DNA from: Phoronis australis
Taxonomy: Eukaryota > Animalia > Phoronida
Assembly (NCBI GenBank): GCA_002633005.1
Contig: NMRA01000247.1
Location: 49,128 to 113,127, forward strand
DNA length: 64,000 nt
Direction: 5' to 3'
Shown here: piece by piece, positions 50,125 to 63,596 of the stretch
How the letters are laid out: each line of letters opens with the position of its first letter
How positions within the stretch are numbered: position 1 is the first letter of the stretch
Position numbers and translations under genes: made by a program
Notes under the pieces: model-generated
Seen by the model: only the letters and a program-made list of their open reading frames with translations
Database searches by the model: none
What the model was told of the DNA's origin: nothing

Positions 50125-53100
50125 CCACTGGTCACACACAGAAATCCAATCAGACTTAGTAGTGGGCATCTTGCCCATGATCTCCATTGTGTGTGTAAAA
50201 ATCATCTTTTTCAGTGACGCGTGGAATATGTTGCAAGATCTCCATCGTGTGTGTAAATATCTTTTTCAGTGAGGCGTGGAATATGTTGCAAGTAGATGGC
50301 GGATTGAACCGGATAAACTACGTCATAACTAGTATAACTCTTTACATACACCGACTGAATGCGATCGAGACATACATGTATGTATTGGCATGTGTTTTTT
50401 CAAAAGTCAGCTTATATGAGCACACGCGCTTAAAGGTGGGGTTACACCTGTGTACAGTCAAAGAACCCATGTTTTTGCAAAGTTTTGAGTCCACAGTATT
50501 AGGATACAGTGCATGTCCAGACTGACAAACAAAGAACGCACGGCGGTTCTTAGGCACCAAATTCGTGTCTAATCGATTCCTAGACTACAAATTAAGGTGA
50601 TATTTTTACACTTTGATTTTCCTATCGAGAATGAAAAAGAAAACCGGCATTGATGTGTGAAGGGCATGACGTTAGTATATGGGCTGATAGTGGAACATAG
50701 TGATTAAAAATCTTTCAGAATGGCTCTAATTAGGACACCCTTTATGTAATGCAGTGGAACTGAATGAAACAAAAGTAAAAATGGGCGCGGAGGAACAAGT
50801 GACAGGAAAAAGGAGGGACAATGAGATTGGGTGAGGACTCTGAAGTAGCTTGCTCTGTGAAGTAAACGTAAAATTGTAAAGCTCAAATTCTTTTAAAACA
50901 AAATTTGCGTCTTAGCCACCCTTGCGCGATGTGGGTTTTCCTGAAATTATACGGGATTTGTCCTTGAGCGTCTGATTCAAATTCTCACATAGTTGGTGTA
51001 CTTGTAGCCTACACCAAAAAAATAGGGTCAGATGATGTAGCCTTTTTTCTGTAAGCGCAGAATCTTCTCTGGTGTAGTGGGCCCGGCACGGCAGGCTATC
51101 ACCAGAGGCGCCTAACAGTAAAGCTGATAGTAATGAAATGTGCACGCTGTCCCAGCTCACAAAATCAAATGGCCGTTCTAAGCGCCCACAAAGACTAAAA
51201 CATAAGGAAGCTAGGACGATTGAACTGGCGTAAAGATTTCATTTCGCACCCCGCAGAACCGGCACAGTTGCAAACACAAATACAAGAAACTTTCATGGGC
51301 ATGACCTCGTGCTTTTAAAATTCCAGTAACGGAATCCATTGTTTTTTAAAACTTTCATCTCGCAATCTGAACACCAATTACAAGACAACTCAGAAGCTAG
51401 GTTGTCAGAAATGAAAGAAGTTACCAACCAACCGAACAGTGGTTCTTTGGGCACAAAATTTCTGTCTCGGCGACCCCTCGAATACAAAAGTAATATTTGA
51501 GCTTTCTACTTCTTAGGTTTATTCATGAGAACACGAAAATGAGTAACAAAACTTAAAAAGGCTGACGCAAAGAAACGTTTATTTGACAAAAAAATGACAA
51601 AATCTCTGACAACAATAGCAAAAGGAGACAAGCGTCCAGTTAAACAGACGCAGGAACTACCAAAATTCACATAAGGTCCACATTTTCAAAAAAGGTGCCC
51701 CTTTTATGTCGCAGAACAAGGATCAGTTAGCTACGACTTTTGATGAACTGAAATAGAATTTAAATGTAGTTTGTAGACTCTAAATTACTTTGTACCCTGC
51801 ACATTGAAATTGATCGCAGCAGTTTTACAGTTGTTTATGAATTTAATGATGTTATTACTAAATTTAAACTCCGAAACTTTACGCAATTTGTTGATTTCAG
51901 TTCGTTGTTATGGTATGGCATTTTTGAGTGGATGGGTTTTGTCACATCACCATAACATTTTCGCAAAACAATTAAATTACTTCAAGTTGCAAATGGGTGA
52001 AATTGGTAAACCTACTGAAGGCCACCTCGCATGGGTTCCGCAAAACTTGTTGAAAAAGTACCGCCTACCCGCAACTATTGGTGTAGTCGGGTCGCGGGCA
52101 CCTTGTCAATTTGTCTACGCTAAGAAAAATTCTTGACAGTGGGTGTAATCTTTTTACATAAGTTTTGACGTCTTAAATAGATCTTAGGTGTACAAATTCT
52201 ATTCAGAAAAGGTTCACTAAGACACGAATTATGTGGTCTAAGGAACCACATTTGTCTTTTACATATTTTTGTATTCGCTAATTTTTCAGGAAATCAGGAA
52301 TCGCCTACGTAGCTCTCTTGGCTGCCCCCTCCTCCACCTCCTTTGTGTTCATAGTCATGAATATTTGATTCATAAGCTTCGTTTAGTTTCACGAGTCGTT
52401 TGGACACAAGTTTCGTGGCCAAAGGAATTTTGTCTGATTTTTTTTATCTTTTCTCTTAGTGTCAGTTTGTTCCTACGTCAACCGTTTCATTTGACGAGAC
52501 CAGTTTTCTGGGCCATTGTCAACAGAATATCATTTTTGTAGTTCACAAGTCGATGGGACACGAATTATGTGTCCAAAGGACCCCTGTTCGATATTTATTC
52601 TTTCAATCTTGATTTTCACACCAATTATAGCAAAATTGTGCAATCAAACTTTGGCAAGACATGGTGCACTTATTGGGATATCATTCGTTTATACGTGCAC
52701 ATGGTCATAGAAATCGTCGAGTCGATTTTTTCGCGCCAGTTTTCATTGCAGTCCATGAATCTAGGCCCATAAATTCGTATTCTTTGATGCAATTCAAAGA
52801 AGTCAGAGAATTAAGACTATGCGTGAGAAATGCCCTGCAATATATTGCGTGCTTCATAATTTCAGGCACAGTGTTTCGTGTAGGTGCATGTACCCAAGCG
52901 CAGGTCTCTAGTAATGTAATCGGATTATAAATGCGCTTGAAAATTTGCCGATACTCTCACTTGTCCGTTTTGTTGAGTGAATACTTGGGCCCATACGTTA
53001 ACATTACCGAAGTAATTATGGTTTCGTCAATTTTGGTATCGAAATGTGTTTGGTATTCCACGATTTTGGAATCGAAATGGATCTATTTTTTCAGCAGTAC

Positions 53101-55045
53101 CTTGGGTGTTTTTGCAGTGGTAGCTATGAACGAGTGTTCTCAGATTTTTCTTTAAACTGATTATGATGTTTAGTTGTTCAAATGTAAGAAGACCAAAACC
53201 TAATAAATTTAAGACCACGTATGACCCCAGAAAAATTTCGGAACATCAGATCTCAAACGTAGCTGAACAGAGTCATATGAGACAAAAGTTCTCATAACGC
53301 AGTTTTAGGAGTCACTCCCCATATTTTTAAAATGTGTTGTTTTAGTTGGTCTTTTAGGTGTCGTCGCCGGGTTTTATAAAAGCTGTAAATCTGGTTTGTG
53401 ATGTTAGTGAGTGGGTTTGGGCACTGTTCGCCAGGTTTTGAGGTGTCGTAGCTGTGAACAATGTGGGTAAATTTCCCTGCAAAGACGCACACAAACAGGG
53501 AAGAAAACGTCTCCTTTCGTTCTATTAGGCTAATAAATGAATCTTTTGATCAGCTTTCAATTTTCGAAGAGGTGCGTTTTTCCACTGTGTAGGTAGTAAA
53601 TTCAAAATACCTATTACATTGAGAATGGCCACATCGATTAAACAACAGGTAGAAGATATATTGCCATTGGATGACTGAAAACAATAGGCCTAACGCTAAG
53701 GGTATTGCCGACAGAGTCGTAATTAAGGACAAGAATTCGTGTTTCAACCACCTAAATCTGCACTTTCGGGCTACATCAATAACAACAACAAATATATTGA
53801 TATATACACAACAAAGATAGCAGATCAGGTGATACACCGACAGGATTACCATGCGCCCTAAATGCAATTGACGCTGTTCTCGTAATTTCCGGCAGTTATT
53901 TATTTAGAGTACCAACATGTTCCTTGAAACACACACAAGCCCGTCCAATTCAAGTGTGGGATAGATCCTACTTCCACCAGATGCTAATTTCGGTACCGGT
54001 GCTTCTGCTTACCCCACTTATGCATAGTCTGACAGTATGAATTCTAGGTGTAAAAGTCAAAACTGGTCTCACAAAAATGCGTTACATCTGTCAATTCTCA
54101 ATGAGAAACGGGATTCCCTACATAACACAATAACACAATAAAGCACTCCACCAACAGACTAGCCGATACATCTGCAATCTCTTTTAAAAACACAATGTCA
54201 ACCTGTAAAACCTCCTAAGCTCAAATGACACTACCCATTCCCAACATAAAAACTGAACATAAGATCAACATAGTTTTAGATTCTTCCATGTAAACTGTTG
54301 AACTCAATAGATACGAACTCCGAACTAATACACGCATTAAAACTTCAATCTTTTTTTATGTATTTATTATCATTTACAAACAATTACAAAAACAAACAAA
54401 CCATTCATTCACGCATGCACACCTCAGGAAGACCATTCTCGTCTCTCCTTTAAAGTAAATATCTTCTACATGTAGTTAACATGAACAATAAAATTTTCCC
54501 ATTTAGCAAAGAAGCTGTCATATACAAAGTTTTTATATGCAATTAATTTTTCAGCATTATAGTACTCATAAGTTAAATAACGAACTTGTGAAAATTAGGT
54601 ATATTTTTGTGACATCTCTCCTTGTAAATGTACTGTTTAGCTAGTAGAAGCAAAATGTTGAATAGAAAATCATGCCTCTTGTAAAGTCCAAGAATAACAC
54701 TATCCTAAGACAGAAAGTTGGGAAGCTGAATGCGACAGTTTTGAAGTAGCTTTCCCAATGCCTTCCAGAAACCTTTTACAAAGCTACGTTCCCAAAAAAG
54801 GTGTGACAGCGTCTCTGGAGCTTTTTATTACAAAAGGAACATAAATCAGAATCCCTAACACATATTTTGACTAAAAAGGTATTTGTTGCAATAATCCTAC
54901 GTAGTATTTTGAATTGGAACCATCTAATATGGGAATCCTTTGTAATTTTGTAAGGTAAAGAATATATTTTAAAACTTCAATCTTGAAACATAGGCAGTAA
55001 GTAAGCTTTTGAAAATACTAGTTAAATATTTATATCTCTCCCACA

Positions 55046-55088
55046 CTCCCTCCCCCTCCCTCTCCCTCCCTCCCTCCCTCTCTCTCTG
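55046..55088. repeat. (CCCT)n/(CT)n microsatellite
   Basis: Read directly from the sequence. Confidence 0.9.
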
Positions 55089-56577
55089 GTAGATTCTAAT
55101 GATGCTCCACCTTTCATCCACATGAAGTGCAAGTACAGTATTTCAACTAGTTCAGATTCCTGAGATTTTAGTCTGTGTTGGTTGTGGTAACATAAGTAAA
55201 ACTTCACATGATTGAAAACATTCTCTTTACTCATGTACAAGAGGGTACTCCTTACACTTTGCAGCCCAGCATTAAAATGCTCCACCGCCTCACTATTCAG
55301 GTGATGAAATTCTGAATAGTCCTTCAGCTTGTAGGCTGGACTGCATGCTAGAAAGAAAAGGGTAATTATTTTGGTTTTCTTTCTTGTTAGTGCTCCCTGT
55401 TAGTATCAAACACCCTGGCTACTACAATCAGACTAGCAACGGTGTACAATTTTTGAATATCCAACGGTTCGCTCATAAAATTTGACAAAATGTCGAGGTC
55501 TGTGGGTGACCTCAGATCTTCAATTTTTCTGCATGGTGGCATCTAAAGCTTCAGGACAAGTTGAAGTTCTACATGTACTTGTATTATTAAATATATGCCA
55601 CTTGGGAAATTATCTTTATGGAATCCACTTTCATTTGGCAGAGTCCGAAGTGGCTGCTATCCCAGTTGAGGCAATACTCCTGCAGCTTAAAAGCAAAATC
55701 GTAAACTATCATCTTCGGGGATAAAAGTAAAATAAAATTCTCTTTATGCAGTGACCATCTTCGTTAAGTTCGTAGATATGTCTAAACATACCTCAACACG
55801 AAATTTGCTGCAAAAAGCACAAACCCTGCAGTTTAAGGCCCAGAGTCGTTATGTCGAAACTAAGGAGGAAAGTATCCTTTTCCTACCTAACCCCAAATGG
55901 TGGGTATTCCGTTAGTTTGGAATCTGTTGTTACCGTTATTTATCATTATTTTCTTTAGGAGAAACATTTTCAATAGGCCTATGATGTAGACAGAAAATTT
56001 CTGACTTCCAAGCTTGAAGTAGGGTTCTTCTGGGTATCTTGGGCACATTTGTGATGCTTTATTTCATTCCTCTCTGCTTTGTGGTAGCTATAGCTCAGCT
56101 AAGGAAGATGAGTTGACAGGGTGGCGCCCCCCGCCCCCCCCCCCCATAAGTCCGCTGTTCAGTAATTCTTCATATTTAACGCCGTTGCTTGACCTTGAAT
56201 AACAACCCAGGTTTTTGTGAAATGGTGTTTTTGAGTAAACAGGTAGGCTTCTGAAGAAAATTGTATACGTCTATACAATCACAAATGAGATGCTGATTTG
56301 AAGACCACACAAAAGTGTGCACTGACACATTATAAGAACTTATGCGTTCCCTTCAAGATTTCATGTTTTGGCCTCATGTCGTGAACACATCCACTAAAAC
56401 AAGAAACTGTAGGAACACCGCATTTATCCACCTTCACTCTTATCAGGCTTCTATTGTGAGTCAGCATGCGTGAATAATTGGCTGATAAGCCACCTCTGGA
56501 ACTACTTTGGGCTGAATGGATGACCAGGCCATAAAATGATAATTAGCCAAGACCAGTTACTATAATGCAACAAAGAA

Positions 56578-57277
56578 NNNNNNNNNNNNNNNNNNNNNNN
56601 NNNNNNNNNNNNNNNNNNNNNNNNNNNNNNNNNNNNNNNNNNNNNNNNNNNNNNNNNNNNNNNNNNNNNNNNNNNNNNNNNNNNNNNNNNNNNNNNNNNN
56701 NNNNNNNNNNNNNNNNNNNNNNNNNNNNNNNNNNNNNNNNNNNNNNNNNNNNNNNNNNNNNNNNNNNNNNNNNNNNNNNNNNNNNNNNNNNNNNNNNNNN
56801 NNNNNNNNNNNNNNNNNNNNNNNNNNNNNNNNNNNNNNNNNNNNNNNNNNNNNNNNNNNNNNNNNNNNNNNNNNNNNNNNNNNNNNNNNNNNNNNNNNNN
56901 NNNNNNNNNNNNNNNNNNNNNNNNNNNNNNNNNNNNNNNNNNNNNNNNNNNNNNNNNNNNNNNNNNNNNNNNNNNNNNNNNNNNNNNNNNNNNNNNNNNN
57001 NNNNNNNNNNNNNNNNNNNNNNNNNNNNNNNNNNNNNNNNNNNNNNNNNNNNNNNNNNNNNNNNNNNNNNNNNNNNNNNNNNNNNNNNNNNNNNNNNNNN
57101 NNNNNNNNNNNNNNNNNNNNNNNNNNNNNNNNNNNNNNNNNNNNNNNNNNNNNNNNNNNNNNNNNNNNNNNNNNNNNNNNNNNNNNNNNNNNNNNNNNNN
57201 NNNNNNNNNNNNNNNNNNNNNNNNNNNNNNNNNNNNNNNNNNNNNNNNNNNNNNNNNNNNNNNNNNNNNNNNNNNNN
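56578..57277. other. Assembly gap
   Basis: N run. Confidence 1.
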
Positions 57278-58485
57278 GTTCCAAAATCTAAATAACTTGG
57301 GTCCTATATTTTTGTATTAGTGCGCGCCGAATGAAAGTAATCGTGAGTGTTGCTGTGTTGCAAAATCTCTTATCCTGGGCCGATTTGAAAAATTCAAAGT
57401 TGTACTCATATTTGTTTTCGCTCCTCTTTTCAAATATTACAGTAAAAACTACGTAAAACTCTCTCCATAAAAAGTACAGTCTGCTAGCTAGATTGTAATC
57501 AGCTGATCATATCCGCATGAGCGAAGCCAATTATCCTCGCTCGTGACTCGATGACTAGAGCAGCTTGGCGGCATCCCTTTGAGCATGAGCCGAGCGCGTC
57601 TCCGCCAAGGTGGATAAATACGGTCTACTTCAATTTTCCATGCCCCACCGTTTACCTTAATCACTGGGGTTAGGACCAATCTTATTTAGTGGGAATGTTC
57701 ACAGCATGTACACGTTTTCAATAATTCTGACCAGCTGCTTACCTACTGGCCACCTTGTCCACAGAAGAGTTAAGGCGTTGTTGGGGCTTTCGAGTAGAGC
57801 CATAACCTAAAAGCCGCAGGAAATCCCTGAAGCAAATAACAAATCATGGTACTTTTTACTTCAACAAAGTCCTACCGAGATAAGCGAGCCCAGCTTCTTT
57901 TATGTAAGGAACAATTTCGCACTTGGATGGGAGTCTGAAAACTTACTGATCGATGCTTCATCCAGATTTGTGTACATTGGTCAAGGTTTTTTGGGGGGAT
58001 ATTTAGACAGGAAATGTCGCCTTTAATTTACTTCCAGCCATGCAACCATCCGTCACGTGTTCACAAAATTTTTGCATCGGCATTTAGTAATACCAAGATT
58101 GAAGATTCAACAAAGAAATGGAACATGTCACTCTGAATTAGAATACTATTACTTTTGTTAAGAGTTCAAATCGTCCAACAACGAAACTAAGGCCTTGGTC
58201 AACTGAGAATAAACATACTGCTACATCATTCGTAAGGTACCCGTGTGTAAAACCAAGCATGTAAGGCCAACTTACCGTGCTGTCACAAGATGTTGAAGAC
58301 ACAAGGCGTCAAACTTTTGTGTCGATAGCCACATGTCTTCCTGCAACTCCATGACGCTGCCTCTCACTTTAGGTCAGCCTCAAACATGGGTCACTGACGT
58401 AGTTGAGGCCATAATGGGAAGAATGAGAGTATGTCACCTTCAGCTTGGTCATACCCTATATCCGTCACCTGGGTGTCCATGGAAT

Positions 58486-58626
58486 GATTCTGCAGTGTTT
58501 AGTCATATAGCTTCCACAAACCATTCTTTCACCATAGAAGATGTCAAGATCCTAGATAGAGAGGAAAATTGGTTTAGGAGAGGGGTCAAAGAAGGTATTT
58601 ACGAGAGAATTGAGAATCCTCCCTTA
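58486..58626 (+). mobile_element. Penelope-like element fragment (C-terminal GIY-YIG region)
   Basis: DSAVFSHIASTNHSFTIEDVKILDREENWFRRGVKEGIYERIENPPL matches the PLE SAxxxH..H..ILDRE..WF.RGVKEAIY pattern. Confidence 0.85.
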
Positions 58627-60395
58627 CGAAAAATTCCAGTAGGAATCCTATAGGATCCAGAAATAATGCTTGATATAGCGAACTCAACATAGACGTGCGT
58701 GAGTATGTTCAATGAATAACATGACCACACATTTAAGGACTAGGGTAATTTGGGCTTACCTTCCCAATAGAAAGCCAAACATATAATGCCGAAGCAGTTT
58801 GTGGCTGATCATGACACAAGTAATTGTCGTTACCATCGTAATAGAGAAAGCATGATGAGCATTTCTTTGTTTGCACTGGAAGACATTAACAGAGAACAAG
58901 TTCAAACCATGCCCTCAATTGTGTATAACTGAGGCCTACGATACTAACAGGACTAAAAGTTCAGTTCTAGTCTCGCTGGGCCTCACTGCTAGACCCCCTT
59001 CAGTCAGGTTTCTAGCTCTTCAGCTCGGTTTTAACTATGTATTTATAAAGCATAAGAATGGTTCCAGTGGTTCAATGCAATGGGCCCATCTGAGGAACCT
59101 GTGTACGGCAGGTACAACATGTATCAGACCGCCTGCAATTACTTTTTATGTATCGTCCTATGTTTTATTAAAAAAATTAGCAATACAAAATGAAGCACCC
59201 TTGTTTTATAACTGGTAATTATTTTCAAAAAACAACCCGGATAATTAATTAAAAGGACTTTTGAAATCTCTCTATGTATTATTCTAAATTTAGGAACTTA
59301 TTTTAATGCAGCATTTTTTGGGCATGGCTGTGTTCATGATCATGATTTTTGCCCCCCCCCCCTCCCCCCAGCCACTGTTTAGTTTCATTGGTTGGGTGTC
59401 TTATTTATTATCCCTTTTTCCATGCATACATATATTTATCAATCTTATTTTGTAAGGCGTGGATCCAGGGATACCCAACCCTGGCCACCTTTGAGTTATC
59501 TGGGTAAATAAATTATCGAATTAAAAACTTCTTACCATTTACTTGAATAATATTGTTGTTAAGATAGCACCTTCTGTCACATACACGTACAACTCGGCAG
59601 AACAATGAGGACATTGAGTTTGGTCAACTTGAAGAACTGTCAGATACAGCATGTGTTGTCTTCGAAGTTTTGACTTTTGATTATCGTGTATTGGTGTCTT
59701 TGACATGCATTTGTACTGCACATAATGGTCTGTACCGCCAGCATACTGCCTCAAGAGAGGTTCCAAGCGTGTCTTCAATGGCAGCGTGTAGAACTTTTAT
59801 GTGCCCACAAGACTTTGGCTTGCTCCGACACAAACATCAACATATACCAGTGCTAGCCACTGTTAAAACCCCATCGGTGCCACCATCTTCAACAACAACA
59901 TGATCGCCCACAAGACTTATGTTCCAGCAATCTGAAAGACAACGAAGAGTCAACACAATCAAATACTAGTATTTTGTAAGATTTTTATTTATTGAATGAA
60001 GTAATTATTTAATTGGTATTGTACAAAAATTACAAAGCTTTCATTGAGAGCCGTCGTTTTAGCAGGTCGTAAATTTCATTTTTTGACTCTGATTTCATAA
60101 CGATTTTCAAAATAATTTTTCATAATCACTCCAACATTTTTGCAACATCTCAAAAATCTGGTTTAAGAAGTCTGGATCATTCTAAGATTGCTACCCCACA
60201 CAATGTCTGGCGACACTCCCTGGCCCATATCTACATGCAACTGTATGAGCAGTTCTTCGAACATTCCAGGGGTCTTTTCTCCATTACATCACTTATTGCC
60301 TATTGTAATACCAATAATTATAATGTTATTGAGCATAGTTGTAGAGTAATGTAGGGGAAAGGCCCTTAATGGTCAAAATGCAAGGAGTCACTGGA

Positions 60396-60522
60396 GATGA
60401 TGCAGATGACGATGATGACGAGTCTTGTGATGATGACGATGATGCTGACAATGACAATGCTTATGATGATGATGACGATGAAGACGGTGATGATTGTGGT
60501 GGTGATGAAAAATATGATGACT
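60396..60522 (+). repeat. Degenerate (GAT/GAC)n trinucleotide tract
   Basis: Read directly from the sequence. Confidence 0.85.
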
Positions 60523-62069
60523 CCAGTACAAAATAAAACTAAAGTATAGTTGAACTAAAAATTACGTTTTGATCAACTTTTTAAAATGCTTTTGCATTGC
60601 TAAAAAGGATACCTACCCACTGATATCACATGGAGAACAGAGCTCATCACCCTAACCTGGGATTAGCATTATCCCCTAGCTGATGTATCAGTTGTAACAT
60701 GATTGACTAGATCTTAACTAAGGTGACTTCGCAAAGAGGAGCAAACACAAAAAGTTATTTTACTGTAATGTTGTTTATCGGGATACCGTCTTGCTGCACA
60801 ATGGGCGTTTGTGCAGAACTATGAGCTTATATGCGTCTGCATGCAAATGACTGGCATTCAGTAGAACATTATCTTGAAAAACAAAACATTTGTAAATGTC
60901 AAGTCAAACAATACAAGAAGTCTAATGAAAATGTTCCTGAGTTGTATTTTTTTAAAAAACATTGTGCTCATGAAAAGATTCATATAAAAATTTAAACAAG
61001 TGTGCCAATATGCAAAGTATATCATGGGCCTGTGCAGGGGACAACACCAACACAGAGCTTTGTCCAGTTCCAAGCCAACTGTACTGAAATCTCGAAATGA
61101 AATTTACAAGATTCAATGAGATTTTTGGCTCGAACCGGAAAGGGTTCAAGACAGGTTTGTTGTGGCGGAATAGCTCTCGAGACGCTGATCCACAAACGGG
61201 CGGCCCGTTTGCAGATGATGTCACGAACACACATTTTGCTTACGTCATCCCTATATTGTGCAAGTCAGCATAACGCGCAGAACATACTGTTGCTGCGTGA
61301 ACTTGGAATCCTGCTTAATCTCAAGATCGCGTATGCGTGAACTTGGAATGGAATATTCATTTGAGCAATCTGGTGAATTTTTTGCTCAGTGTAAAGAATA
61401 TACTGCCCTGATCATCACCCATCTTCTGGCAGCTGGTCTAACTTGTCTTAAATCGGCACAGTTATTAGAACAGATGTGCACTACATGTATACCGGAAATT
61501 GTTGACTTCCGGTTAAAGATGGCGGAAATATTGGCACTCGTGCATGGGCACCTCGATTTCGGGAAAAAATGTTTTCTCCTGAAGAGGGCACATTATAGGG
61601 CCAATTCCTTCGAATTTTTGCAGATATAAGTTTCTTTTGACGTGCTATTATACAAAGACAAAATACCGGAAGTTGCTTTCAAGATGGCGGATCTGACGAA
61701 TGTTGACCCATTTTCAGTCGTGCTGAGGTGCCATTTAAACGTAAGGAGGAAATCACGTGAATTTATGCATGTGGATTTTCTGAGGTATACTCTTTCAAAT
61801 GAACTGTAACAATTTTTTCTCAGACTTTCTGTTTTCGAGATATTAGACTTTGAATTTCTTAAAAAAACACAAAATTTCATTTTTTTTTCAAAAAATTTAT
61901 GGAATTGTGTGATACTATCAATTTAGATAGAGTTTTGAACGGGCTTTCAGAAAATGTTTTTCATTTTTTGCTAGGACGTCTACTTTTTGAGTTATCTGAG
62001 ATTTTCAGATTATGCTCTTTCTTTGTTGAGTGCTCTTGCTGCATTGATGTTGGTTTAGCTTCTATTGAA

Positions 62070-62375
62070 CTAGACTGTAGCCTATTTCTTATTGATTTAT
62101 GACATCTAAGTTCGTCATATGAATGTTATGATGTTGTTCAACATCTCCACCACCATCATCATATTTGTCATCTTCGTCATCATCTCTGACATTGTCTTTT
62201 CTTCAGTTAATGTTGCAAGTGTCGCTCAAGACTGTAGCCTTATATCTCTGTGATTTCTGACTTCTACGTTCGTCATAAATGATACCATAACTTGCATTGG
62301 CCATCATCGCCACCATCGTCGTCATACCTGTCATCTTTGTCATCATCTCTGTCGTCATCTTTTCTGGTCATCTCT
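62070..62375. repeat. Diverged ~160-bp tandem dimer with (CAT)n-rich tails
   Basis: agactgtagcct...gttcgtcata starts at about 62072 and again at about 62229. Confidence 0.6.
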
Positions 62376-62424
62376 AACGTAGTTTTTTGTCTATTTCGCC
62401 AAGTTTCGCTCGGAGTGCTTTCAT

Positions 62425-62708
62425 TTATTATTTATTTATTATGTCCGTGTAGTTGGTGAGTTTAGGCTTAGGTACTGTTTTGGTTATGTCATAGGACACC
62501 ATTTCATTGACCTAATACTTTCTCCCTACGACTAATTCCCTTATTTATTATCATATCCCTGGTATTTATTTATTTATTTATTCATTACGTCCGTGTAGTT
62601 GGTGAGTAGAGGCTTAGGTAGTGTTTTGGTTATGTCAGAGGACACCATTTCATTGACCTAATACTTTCTCCCTACAGCTAATTCCCTTATTTATTGTCGT
62701 ATCCCTAG
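62425..62708. repeat. Recent ~146-bp tandem duplication
   Basis: gtccgtgtagttggtgag...ggacaccatttcattgacctaatactttctccctac...atccct occurs twice, nearly identical. Confidence 0.9.
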
Positions 62709-63596
62709 TGCGTGGTTAACCTGGGTGCGGTACTTCCATGTCCTTCCCAGTTGCCAGGAACAGGCCTATGTTTAGTGGAGGGTCAGTCACATTTCTCTGT
62801 GAACCAATCCATTTTAGGTCTGTGTCCAAGGCGTTCCCTTCGTGTTGGAATAATATGTCTGCCCGGCATCCACCCGAAGCACATCAAAATGTAATATTCT
62901 AGTAGCAATTAAGGGTTGCGTGTATCATGGTAGTGCAGGGTTTATTTTGAGAACTCCACTAGAAATGCACGTGTCCTATACCCTTTTGCAGCTACAAGTC
63001 TGGGGAGTCTCCCTAGCGAGAACTTTTTCCCTTAGGTGACTGCTCTCCCGCCCTGGGGGGTGGGTTGGGATCCTGCTAGGTTTTCTCTTTATGAGTTACT
63101 TCATGTGTTTGGGATGTGCTGGCATTCTGAACTCTTTATTATTTTGGTACTTCTACATTTAACGTGAGTGTGTTAATTATTCTCTGCTTCTAGGGGAACT
63201 CAGTCCTTGTCATTCTAACACTCTTGGTCTACTTAGCAGTGGCTTCATTTTCGGTAAGGGGGATATGATTAAATTTTTGGGAAGTTTTTCACATCTGGCG
63301 AACGATGTTGATTCCCAGATGGGCCCCACACTTTTTTGGGAGGACGGGAATGTTGTAATCGTCAACATCATTCGTCCTTAAATATCTTTCTGTGGTGTCT
63401 TGTGATTTGTCAGTTTTATGGTTCCCCGGATGCTTCTTTTATTTATACTGCTGGCGGGAAACCTACTGGCAGTAGCAATCAGGCTGTCAGGGATGGGCAC
63501 CTGGATTGGGTTTTACTGAAGCTTGAGTAGCTATGTTTTAACTGGTGAGTAGGCCTACTTCTAGAGGCCTATAGTGAAACTGCAGTAATACAATAC

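Larger units (their letters stand above)
48538..50320 (-). mobile_element. Mini-element with internal tRNA-like promoter, direct repeats and 26-bp inverted repeats; split by a TIR element
   Basis: ~47-bp repeat at 48538-48585 recurs twice in tandem at about 50180-50294; 48586-48611 is the inverse of 50295-50320; A box TGGCTCAGTGG and B box GGTTCGAGTCC at 48661-48729 on the - strand. Confidence 0.6.
55165..59931 (-). pseudogene. Decayed multi-exon SWIM/CxC-KDZ (Kyakuja-Dileera-Zisupton-type) transposase
   Basis: Exon remnants: 59536-59931 (C*CLC..SCGHIK, CPHC); 58760-58875 (CSSC..YDG, HKLLRHYMFGFLLGR); 58276-58480 (LSFFPLWPQLR..CRK..HKSLTPCVFNIL*QHG); 57743-57826 (GISCGF*VMALLESPNNALTLLWTRW); about 55600-55720 (PKMIVYDFAFKLQEYCLNWD..F..KVD); 55165-55347 (CSPAY..HLNSEAVEHFNAGL..LLYMSKEN). 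Most have AG/GT boundaries; in-frame stops and frameshifts are present. Confidence 0.8.

Noticed and set aside
8497-57320. Long ORFs full of X
   Set aside because: Artefacts of the four N gaps.
59840-59860. In-frame TGA among cysteines as possible selenocysteine
   Set aside because: The same pseudogene has several other stops and frameshifts, and no SECIS was seen.
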